A program made the position numbers and the translations under genes. DNA of 63,187 nucleotides, counting the filler, from Phoronis australis (lineage: Eukaryota > Animalia > Phoronida): NCBI GenBank assembly GCA_002633005.1. It is 6 parts of 6 records of this genome, joined end to end, with 100 filler letters (N's around TTAATTAATTAA, not from the genome) between each part and the next. Parts side by side here need not be neighbours in the genome. Positions count along the whole stretch, not along the records: positions 21,457 to 23,894 come from NMRA01000009.1; positions 23,995 to 27,702 come from NMRA01002880.1; positions 27,803 to 38,300 come from NMRA01000990.1; 3 more parts are not named here. One strand, 5' to 3'. This document shows positions 22,721 to 34,500 of this stretch, piece after piece (position 1 is the first letter of the stretch; each line of letters starts with the position of its first letter). The notes under the pieces are model-generated. The model did no database searches. It was given only the letters and a program-made list of their open reading frames with translations, and had not been told where the DNA came from.

Positions 22721-23696
22721 TTGTTGAGTCGAAACTATATTTTTATTCAAGAATTTAAGTTTTCCTATTGACGGTCGCGATTCAGCGACGTATCAGTCGG
22801 CAAGTTTTCGCCCTAGGATTTCAGCACATTTTTTTTTTGAAAAATGATCGTAATTTAACAACGGAGTTTGATAGCAATGAACCACAATTTTGTAGAAAGA
22901 CTGTCATAGGCTACAAATACGTCACAGAGCGTAAATTTGATGAATCCTAGCTTCCGATTTTACCCGTTTCGGAATCCGGGTTTCAACTGCCTTAGGCTAC
23001 AATAAGTGTCCCCTCCCCGTGAAATGAATTTTTCTAAGCGTTTATTAGAGCTAATACAGTATACAGCTTTCCACCAAGGCTAGGTGATGCTACGACATCA
23101 TTTTTTGTTGCATTAGTTAACTGGTCTTGGCTAATTATCATTTTATGGCCTGGTCATCCATTCAGCCAAAAGTAGTTCCAGAGGTGGCTTATCAGCCAAT
23201 TATTCACGCATGCTGACTCACAATAGAAGCCTGATAAGAGTGAAGGTGGATAAATGCGGTGTTCCTACAGTTTCTTGTTTTAGTGGATGTGTTCACGACA
23301 TGTCATCAATATAATGTACATGATGCTTACAACTGAGTGTATCATCAATATAATGTACATGATGTTTACAACTGAGTGTATCATCAATTTTAACTAGCAG
23401 GAATCCGGTGTTGGAGACAAACTTAATTTTACCCCGTCAGTGAATAACTCGGTAATGTGGCTTTCCATAATGTGTTCCTGAGGGAAGTGAAACAGTATAC
23501 ATTTTGTTTTGTCAACGTTAAGTGATACCTTATTTGTTGAGAGCCATTTAGACAGCTTAATTGTTTAATTCATTGTTACATTACCATTCACTGAGTTTCT
23601 TTGATTTAAAAATTTATCTCAAATTGCTCCTTTATTTGACCTTATTTTCTGTGGATTTTCCAAGATCTGACACTGAGTTACCTATTCGTTGAGACC

Positions 23697-23894
23697 TGAT
23701 GCTCAGCGAGGTGTGACGCCTTGATCATGCTCAGCGAGGTGTGACGCCTTGATCATGCTCAGCGAGGTGCGACGCCTTGACAATGCTCAACGAGGTGTGA
23801 CGCCTTCATGCTCAGCGAGGTGACGCCTTGCCCATGCTCAGCGAGGTGTGACGCCCAGTTGACCATGCTCAGCGAGGTGTGACGCCCAGTTGAC
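23697..23894. repeat. ~28-31-bp tandem repeat running into a gap
   Basis: Core atgctcagcgaggtgtgacgcc repeated about 7 times. Confidence 0.9.
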
Positions 23895-26615
23895 NNNNNN
23901 NNNNNNNNNNNNNNNNNNNNNNNNNNNNNNNNNNNNNNTTAATTAATTAANNNNNNNNNNNNNNNNNNNNNNNNNNNNNNNNNNNNNNNNNNNNTCACCA
24001 GTGTAGTGCTTTAATGATTGATTTACTCCGTCATGGAGGTCGATCTCAATGTGATTTCAAAACGCTACAGAAATGATTCAATCAATACAGAATTGGGCCA
24101 GTTTCCCAAAAATGGTCAGTCCATGATTTTGTTACCGTAGCGAAGGACAGAAAATTGACTCCAAATGCCCGTTCGTATTTGACCGAGCTGGGAAGAGTTT
24201 AAGACATTACCATTCCCCTAAGCTATCCCCCTATCTGCAAAAGTTTGTTGCAGCAACATGACTTCAATGGTTTAATCAATGTGGCACAATTCGCCAAAAA
24301 ACTTCCAACTGGTGGAGGGCCTATTGTTCAACTGCCATCTCTACTGCAGTCAGTTGAGACGGTGGTACTATCTCAAAGTAATAATGCTTTGCAATTTCTC
24401 TTAGTGTTTCAAGAATTATCAACTGCAAACAACTAAACAAGTCGTCAATATAAGTAAGTCATAGGCTTAGCCACAAGTATAGGCTTAGCCGCTTAGCTAA
24501 ATGTCAACAGACAATGCAACTCGGTGAATTTTATGTCTGACAGTTTAACTTTCACACTCTTCACTTTCTCAGTGAGTTCTCGGACCATTACCTTATTGGA
24601 TCGAGGTGATTTTAATACGCTGGGGCCGCGCAATGTCCCGATAACTACCGAAGTATGCAGGACCGTACAAGTACTTACCGTAGGCATGATCAAGCTATCG
24701 TTTGGCCAGCTCGGAATTAGTGACGGATAGCTCACTTCTATAAGAGATTCCCAGCGGCAGTGCTCTTTACCCAGATAAATGCGTCGTTTATTAACTTTCA
24801 GCTGCACGACTTGCCTTCGGTTAGCTTAGAAGAACGCCCCATTTTCTTGCCCAGCTTTCCACTGTCCGACATCTTGTCTCGTATTGTCTTGCAAAACTGC
24901 GTCAGCGATTATTAGCGCAGCACCGTTCTCTGACACGTAGTGTAAATGAATAATAGTCCACTGCAGAGCAGCATGATCAAATCTCAAGTAATGGTCCAAT
25001 CATGAAGAATCGTAGAGGTAGGCACAAAATACACGGCACGATGTATAAAGCACATTGGGTGGCAAAGTATTCACTCCACAACATTCTTGACACTGAATCA
25101 GCTGTTCGTTTGTCGAATGACTGACCGCATCTGGTTACCATACAAGCTTTTCTTCGTACTTCTTTCAAAAACCATGTATTGGGTCATTTTTTCTGGAGAT
25201 TCCTTCTCAGGGGGAAGTGAATAACTTTTTAGTAAAGGTTGAAGCAAGGTACTTTGGTTAGGGATCGTTAATTAAAATGTATTTTCACGAGTTTAGGCGG
25301 TACATGCCACTTTAAAGTAGCTTAGATCGCGAATTAAGTTATATTATTCAAAGTGAGTTTCCTGACACTGAAGCAGACGTCACGATTCATTTGTAATAAA
25401 AAATTTTACTCTCTACTGATGTCAAAGCATTTTTGGTTCAGTGTTAAATTTGAAAAAACAACAGCACGTCACTTCGTCAATTTTCTCCCTCAAGGTAAAA
25501 CAAGCCTAGTAATTTATCATTATAGGGAAGACGTAACCTTTGACCTTTAATTCAAACAAAACCACAATGACGATTGTAAGCAGCTAACATCGCGACATGG
25601 GGCAATTTATGTAAGTAATAATTGTTTGAAATTATTTATAAATGTACGTGTACATAATATTGAAATATATTCTAAAATGCACTTTTGAAATGTCTACTGG
25701 GCAATTCTGTAAACGCATATTTATTATTTGGGCTGGCGATTTTGAAAACTAGGTTGGGATGAAATACTTAACATTTTTTTCTGTGTTTCAACAAACATTG
25801 AATCTGATATTTTTATACAAATTTTTGCAGTATTCAATTGTCTCACGAAGTACATGTAGATTCGCATCCGTGTGTTTAAAAGATATTTTTCCGAGTTTTC
25901 ATATTCAAGGCCCCTATAGGTGAATAACCAAATCATACGGATTTTCTACATTCAGAAAATGTTATTACACTTTTGTTGAGTTTGGTCAACTGTGGAGGCA
26001 AGAAGGTCCTACATAACCATATTGTAAATCCATAAACGTGGCGACCAACCACCACAGTTATCGTTATCGGTATTTTCGGTAGATAAGCCCACTCGATGAA
26101 ACGCCCATGTGCATTAATTGGGAAACTTATGCGGGATAAACGACCATGGGAGCTTATTTGGTGTTACAACTTCTGGTGTCAAGTGTCCAGATAGTGAGGC
26201 GTTTGTTTGGAAAATTTCCTCTAAAAACCCCCTCAGCGTCAAGTTTTAGCCACAAATTTAGTGGGGCATTTGTCATTTATAAAAAAGAACAAAGTGTGGG
26301 CGAACAATGTTTTTCTTAACTTAAAATCAACAAGCCAAAAATTCGCTGATATTTTCATATCAGCTGAGACTATGACTTTCCCTTTAAACGCGTTTATTTG
26401 GTGTTACTGAAACTCCTGAAAAAATTTGTTTTTGAATACAACGGAAAATCCCGTATTGCATCTCAAATCCAGTACAGTCATAGCACTAAATCACAATCGA
26501 CAACATTGTCCATACTATTCTCTCCAGATTACGTAAATTCTATAGTTACAACTTTCAAACACGTCTAAAATTCCACAAAAATAGTCGCGTCCTAACATGG
26601 GAATGTCAGTTTTAC

Positions 26616-26762
26616 CTTTATCTGCATCTCCGCCACATCCGCTGCAGGACCGGTGACACAGTGACTTTACTTCTTCGGAGGACTCGCACTTTCCCATTAC
26701 TTTATCGTCCCAGCATTTGTCGTCTGAATCTTCATTAACGCATTTGCCCCCAGACACCGTGT
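26616..26762 (-). CDS. ShKT (ShK toxin-like) domain exon, phase 1-1
   Basis: tgtag acceptor and gtaaaa donor, 147 nt. CVNEDSDDKCWDDKVMGKCESSEEVKSLCHRSCSGC has six Cys ending in the ShKT C-x3-C-x2-C signature. Confidence 0.75.
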
Positions 26763-28350
26763 CTACAGTGTATATACATGTATCAGAGCAACGTCTGAAG
26801 TGAAACAAGTAACCTCCTTCATTTTCGCTTATAAAAAGAGAAGTTTAAGTGCTATGAGTTGTGTGATTCGATAGGCGTGGACGACATATTTTCAATGGAC
26901 TGTTGACGATTTTATTAAGAAAAAGGCACATACATGTACAGTTGGCGATGCTAAAGATAAAAAATAAAGCCAAACTCAGTATGTGGCTGACAAGGTAATA
27001 TCAGTATCGCTTACAACAGTGTTATCAACTATTCCACAGACACCGGTATCGCTTGCAACAGGGGTATCAACCATTCTACAGACAACGGTATCGCTTGCAA
27101 AAGTGTTCTAAACAATTCCACAAATCTCTGCTCAAATATGCACATGTGTATTTCTCAAGAAAGTTTATAAAAATTCAAAAGAAAAACCCACAACTGAACG
27201 TTCACGAACGTGCCTGTTTTTGTCCATCAGCGTTAAATAGAAATACATGTACATGCAAAATATTGCAAATGCGGCATTAGGGAAACTCGAATGAAGGAGG
27301 GATGACGACGCAGGCAGCAATACCACAAGGGGCACGAATAACACCAACGACGAAGACGAACCTAAGACTTGTGACAAAGCCGGCGACACTGTCAGCAACA
27401 TCGACTATGCAAACATTGGCACCAAAAGCAATAACGCTGAAGCTGACGGTGACGCCTCCATCAACGCTGATGCACCGACAATGATTTCAAAGCCGGAAAT
27501 GTTGACAACGTCAAGGGCCATCGCTGCAACCCATAATTTGAATTTGTCGATCCCTCCAGGACGCCCAGGGCAAAATGAAGCCAAGTGGAATGCTGTTGAC
27601 GGCACAAAAAGTGACATCATCCTCACCCATACCATCATCCTTGTCTTCACCAGTGGCGGATCTACGTTTTCAGCAAGGGGGGGGGTTTAAGATTCCCGCG
27701 TANNNNNNNNNNNNNNNNNNNNNNNNNNNNNNNNNNNNNNNNNNNNTTAATTAATTAANNNNNNNNNNNNNNNNNNNNNNNNNNNNNNNNNNNNNNNNNN
27801 NNAAACATAGCTTGCACATGCCGAGTCCTTTTTAAACTCTCAAGTGTTGCTCTCAGTTGGAGGGATTACAGCTGAATTGCACTTGATTCAGTCAGTCATG
27901 TAGCTAAGTTCCTGCCATATTGTGTCAGGTTATTTATCCACAGTGGGTAACGTCACTAGAGCTTAACTAGTAACTGCTTCCTTTAATATAAATACATGTA
28001 GCTATTGGTTACCATCTTACAATATACATGTACCATATAATGTGAATATAAAATAATGTTGTACACTCTGTATTGACCAGCCAACATATGTCTACCGATT
28101 ATGAAATATTGCTTTACATTCTGTATTTACCAGAAGATGTCGCTGTTTGAATTGAGTATGAAATGGAGTTACGCACTCTGTATTGTCTTGAAGACACTCT
28201 TATGCCATTACATTTGTTGAAGTTCTAAAGGTTTCGGTATAGTTCAGTCTGATGATGTCTGTTTCAGAGTGACCCTCACTCATATGGTGGCAAATTGAAA
28301 ATAATTTCATCATTTTTGGTAGTACTCAAAAATCAAATGGTGTGTTTCAG

Positions 28351-28546
28351 GGCAGCCCGTACATGTAAACTTTGGTATGAGGCCAGCCTAAAGACATCAC
28401 TTTGGAGACACGTTGACCTGTCGTATGGCTACATACGGAAGTTTGACCACAGCCTGATATGGCTTGTTGACCACCGGCTATCTCAGGTGGAGGAATTAAA
28501 CTTGACCGGTTGGATGCGTGCCAACATGTCTGACAGGTGTGTCCAG
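28351..28546 (+). CDS. FBXL6: FBXL6-like exon (end of F-box, first LRR)
   Basis: tttcag acceptor and gtaggc donor. Translates AARTCKLWYEASLKTSLWRHVDLSYG...SDRCVQ. Confidence 0.88.
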
Positions 28547-31500
28547 GTAGGCATCAAATTAATTAAATACAATGCGCATCACCTAATACATCACGGAAAA
28601 TAAAATAAAACAAATATTTTATTGATTTTAGATTTTTTGTTATGGCAAATTTTTTCCATCTCATTTTTGATCTACTTTTCTGCCAGTTTAAACCTTGTTG
28701 TGCATGGATGAGATGTTATTAAAAAATCTGTGATTTATTCTGTATCTTATTCTGCTACTGCTGCGCCATCTGTCTGTAATCATGAGGTACAGTTGATGTA
28801 TTATGTAGTTGTCGGAAATAATTGTTACTCAAAACTTATAATTATTTTTACTCAAAACTTCTTCATTTCCTAGGCTATGACNGGACATTGAAGTCACTAA
28901 TATTGTCGGGGTGTAAGAAACTGTCAAGTGACTCCCTGTGTCGAATAGTAGCGGGTCTGCCAAATTTGGCGCATATTGATTTGTCAACAACAAATGTAAG
29001 TGAATTACTCAGTCTTGTTTTCAAATAGCATACGAGTGTTCATTATTTTTCATTAACTTGTGGCACAAGGTATTTACAGTGGCATATCTAGGATATCATA
29101 AGGGAGGCTAACACTTTGTCTCGTAAACAATGGCGCAAGGCACGATCATTGTAGATGCGCATAGCCCCGAATGGGAGGGGATGTTGTTTCAGCCTCTAAA
29201 AACAAGTATTTCCTTCCTTTCTGAAGCATTATCAAAGAAGAAATGTGTAAAACTATAACATTGTTTATTGCCATTGACTTGAACCCCCGATCTGTCTGCC
29301 AAAGTGCGCATGCTCTAGCGCTGCATCATCATGCTTCCACTTACAGTGACGTACTAAGAGACGTACACTGTACTTGTTTAAGGTCCACACCGTTTGTATA
29401 CTAACTTGCTTCTTTCCATAATGTTTGTTACACACTTTATAATTATTTTGTGCAACCACTTCTTAACAAAAGTTGTTGTGTTTAAAATAGTCTTATGCGA
29501 CCATATTTTTATGTGGACGCATTATGCCGTCATCCACGTCCGTCCGGCATCTGTTCAGTGTCCAGTGCTTGGTTTCCATAACCCTTTGACGTGTGTTCCT
29601 GAAGTTTTGCACATGTATTCCTTTTATGGATGGAATGACATGAGCGAACTTTCAGATGGATCCGACTTCTGTTGTGTCCCCTAGTGGCAATTTTATTTTT
29701 TTCGTTTGCCTCTGTATCTTCAAAGGTCTTCAACGGATTATTATTTTTTATAAAATTTGGTATATAGGCATCTACTAGTGAGATGAAGCTAACTCGCCGT
29801 TTGCGGTTGGATTTGACGTACTTTCACCACCTAATGGCCATTTTTACTCTTTTTGAGTCTGTTAATTTTTTGTCGTCCACCCCTCTATCATCCGAACCAG
29901 TCTAATGATGATTGTAAAAATTTACGTGTATATTCTTTCTATAAAGAGGACAGCTGACGACAATTTTCTGATGACTGAATACTGTGGCCCCTCCTAGTGG
30001 CAGTTTTGTTTTGTTTTGCGCCCGTGGCTTTATCTCCTAAACCTTCTGGAATTTGTTAAATTCCTCTCTTCTTAAGACAAGATGACATGTTCCCAATTTT
30101 GGTTGAATTCGACATATTTTGCGCCATCTAATGGCCATTTTTATGATACAAACAAACCCTAGAAGCACACTGTTTGTGGTGCATTCGTGGGCGCATTTCA
30201 ACGCTCCGCATTGCTCATTGTTCGTGTTTCATTAACCACGCTGTTGCTTTGCAAATTGTCCTGAGTTTCGTGTTTGACATAGAGAGAATTATGAATTTCT
30301 GAGTGATACACTGAGGCTTCGGTTGAAATTTACATGTCGGCTTCTGTTTTGTTTAAACAATCGAAGTAATTTTCTTCGTTGTACAGTGGAGCAAACGATG
30401 GAAACGGAGTGGTAGTGTGCAGTACCACTGGCGGTCACCTGGGATATCATGCAAATGTCGACCGTGATGGCCATACCTAGCCACAGTTACCTTTTCCTTT
30501 GTACTTGATGTCTTAATCAAACCCTTGAAATCAGGTGTGAGCCCCCCACAAACACACGTACACAGACACACGTACTAAAACTTCCCACATTGTTAAATCT
30601 TGCTTCAGCCATATAATGTTAATTACTGGAGTTAATTAATAACTCAATATTTCCTCACGGTTATGATGTTTTATTTTTTTGCAGCAGCCAAGGGTGTCAG
30701 GGGCCCCCCTAAACCCGCCTGTGACTGAAGTATAAATTTAATGTACTGTCGAATGTAATTAATATGTCTAAATCATATTTATAATGTTAGGTCTTTGTTT
30801 TGTGCAATGGAATACAATGTTACATTGATTTTAGAAAGTAATTTTTAGGAATAGAAAGGACCAGAAAATCTGTTTCTAATTACGTTCATGTACATACGAA
30901 TATACGATGCGTGACATTTGACTTAAGGACAATCAAGCATAATCAGCGACCTTACGAACAATACCTAAAATGATCGCCTCCCCACAAACAAAGTTCAGCT
31001 GATAAGAATTACTCAACAAACTATAGTACATCATCTCACAAAGTCCTACTATTATTAATTGAAACAGTCACCATCAAGACTTTAGTTGTTTCTGAGTTGA
31101 TGTAACATTAACTGTACTCTGACAGTAACTCTGTGATACCTAGGTTCATTCTCTCACCAGGTGGAGCTGTGTTGATGTATCATTAAACAGTACTCTGCCA
31201 GTAACTCTATGGTACCTAGGTTCGTTCTCTCACCAGGTGGAGCTGTCTGATGTTACATTAAACAGTACTCTGCCAGTAACTCTTTGATACTTAGGTCCAT
31301 TCTCTTACCTGGTAGATCTGTGTTGATGTAACATTGAACACAGCACTCTGACAGGAACTCGTTCATACCTAGGTTCATTCTCTCAACAGGTGGAGCTGTG
31401 TTGATGTATTATCTAGGTTCGTTCTCTCAGCAGGTGGAGCTGTGTTGATGTAACATTGATCAGTACTCTGCCAGTAACTCTTTGATACCTGGGTCCGTTC

Positions 31501-34500
31501 TGTCACCAGGCGGAGCTGTGTTGTGTCATTAAACTGTTCTCTTTCATTAACTATTTGATACCTAGTATCATTCTCTCACCAGGTGGAGCTGTGTTGATGT
31601 ATCATTAAACAGTACACTGCCAGTAACTCTTTTATACCCAGGTCCATTCTCTCACCAGGTTGAGCTGTGTCCTAGGTGAATTCTGAAACACTAACACTAA
31701 GTAAAAGTAGTGGTATGTTGATGTATTTTGGGTGTGTGGAAGAAAACAAGACATCCATGAACATGAAATGTTCTGACTAATTATATTGTTGTGTGTATGC
31801 ATCTTTCTTCCTGTTAAATGGTTAACTTGGCAAAGTGCATTGGCTATGTTTATGCATAAGTCAGTTTGTATGAACGTTTGTTTCTACGAAATTTAGGGTG
31901 ATGTCATGTCCACCAAGTGCCTGAGGTTTGTCATTGACAGTATGGGTGAACGTCTGACCCATTTTGACATTTCTCGCAATGCCGTGATGTCACTCAGCTC
32001 ATCAGTGCTTACATCGTTAATGGTGAGTTTAGAGTCAAGATGTCTCGTTTTATTTTAAGAGCCTGAAAGCGAATTTTATGATTTCATCAATTATATTAAT
32101 TGAAAGCAGTTTAGGCAAAATTTAGTTGTCTGAGTCAGCGATTACTGCTTTGACATTAAATATTGCAGAATGTTGGTGCACTGAAGCTTACTGTACTCAT
32201 CCAGTTTACCGCCCTTGCTCAACTTACCACCCACCCCCAAAATTCTCAATTTTTCATTTTTGTATGCCTGGCTTGGCTTATTGCCCACCCCCGATTTTTC
32301 CTGATCAAGACTTCATTAAAGTGTCTGCTTTTGTGAACGCTCGTAGCACAAATCCAAGAGTGCAAAACGTACACAACTCACTTACCTTGCGGTGACTGTC
32401 ATTCAGTTTTTGTGGAACCGGGAGCTTGCTTTGCTAATGGTTTTAAAATACTTACATTCTCATGCTCTTTGCTGAAGGCGACACAATTGTTTCCTTTGGC
32501 TCTCTCTCTGAACTTGTGTCAGCATGGAGAGATTACTGAGACAAATTTATTTCATCGCTGTGGAAGAACCAGCAAAGTGGTACTTGACAGGAATTTCGAG
32601 TCCGCGGCCTATAATTTTGTGACTTCCCCTGACATTACAAGAAAGGTCAAGGTCATGAGCAATGAAATAAGAACAACCAAGAGGACACTCGGCTGTTGCA
32701 TGACCAACGATACTGGAAACTTCACCGACATTATTTTGGATGGAAACCGCTTAGGAATAATTGTATTGTCAGGTTCAATGTCGCACTTCGGCACTTCACC
32801 GACACATTGTACCTAGTCACATCTATAGTGATGGTAACTACGTACAGCACAGTAAAAGGCGAAACTGTGGCATTGTTTTGAGTACAAGACGACACGAACC
32901 ATCGTAACAAGCAACTGGTCTCACTGTTCCCTGTCTTGGTTTAATGCATGTTTTAATGACTTGCACTCCTGACACCAAAATGGAAGCGCCCAATCAAAAG
33001 CAACAGCGCAGGAAATCAACTTGTCATTAAGCTCCAGACAACCATTCTGTCTGCATTCATATGATCAAAAACGTCACTGTTTTTAACCCTTGATTTACCT
33101 GATGACTTTACATGATGTGTTTTTGATTCGTTATTTTTCCAGCCGACCGAGGACCCCTATTGCCTCATAGTTGTATCATCGGATTGTTGAGTACTTGCTT
33201 TGTACAAGTACCAAATTCTCGCAAGGAGCAAATCTTTATAACATCCTGTGCTTTCCTTAAACATGCATTTCTAACTAGTGCAGTCTTGCGTGATCATGCT
33301 GTTCTCTCAAGAAACTTGCCCTACTGAACGCACGCCCACCTGTAGGAATACCTTGATTCGAAGAGATGACGAGCACCGTAAAAACTCAATCACGTTAAGG
33401 ATCAAAGTGCCACTTATCATGTGCGCTATTCCACTTCAGGCCGTTGAATTCCGTTACTTCAATATATTAACTGATATGCTTGAAGTCCGACCTCAGTGTA
33501 GCCCCGTGAGGGTAAAATCGGTCCATTGTGCAGTAAGCACCCAATCCCAGCTCAAAAGTTTTGATTTTAACTGCCCATGCTCCGCTTACCGCCCACCCCT
33601 GTTCCTTAGATTCCCAATTTAAGCACCCTGGGCGGCAATCTGGACAAATACGGTATTTGAATTTGGAATGACACATTGTGCTGCCGGTTTAGTCTAGTAA
33701 TGCATACTGTAGTGATATTTTCTATGCTTTAAGTTGCCATGTGATAATTGTTGATAGACAGTTGTCCACTTTAGTGTTTAAACCCATGCCCTGTCGTAAT
33801 TAAAATCATTAGTTCACAAGTGACTTTATTTCTTGTTTGAAACTCTATTCTGAACATTTGGCTGGTTTCAGACTAACTGCCGGAACTTGAGAGCTCTTGA
33901 CATATCTGGATCCCTCAAAGACTGCATGATCTTGGACATTGAACGACTGCAGCAGGGCTGCCCTCTATTGGAGACTTTGAACCTTACCTGTACGCCATTC
34001 CGCCCTTCTTCAGCCATGGCCGCACAGGTGGTAAGTTGAAAGTATCTCACTTTAGAACTTGATGATGCTTGATGATCCTCTGTATCGGAAATTAAAAAAG
34101 CCACATGGCCAGATTGTTGGAAAACGACCATTTAAAAACCTCAAGTATATATAAAGCCGAATATGTATCTGTTTTTTTTTTGGAAACTGTTAAATATTTC
34201 ATAATGCAGTGTAAAGTAAACATCCTTTAGTTTTTCGTGCATGTCGCTGTTTCTTATCAGTGAGAAATTCATTCGACCATTCTTGTTTCCTGTTCAGCAA
34301 ACACATTGTGTTGTAACACTGTACTTCATGCTGTGTTTATAAGGTCAAGGTCACCCAGTATTTCATTGAATGAAAATCATTTGAATGAAAGTGCCGTCCC
34401 AAAGTATATCTTGTCAAAGTGAGAAAAATTTTACATCAGAACATATTACATTGCTATGTACTGAAGAACTATCCATCATAAGATTTTCAAAACATGGATG

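Noticed and set aside
28225-28285. Second hammerhead (ctgatga at ~28248)
   Set aside because: There is no downstream GAAA or stem II pairing in the right order.
28874-28890. Frameshift suggesting FBXL6-like is a pseudogene
   Set aside because: The shift coincides with the single-n contig join at 28882. All other exons are intact and in phase.
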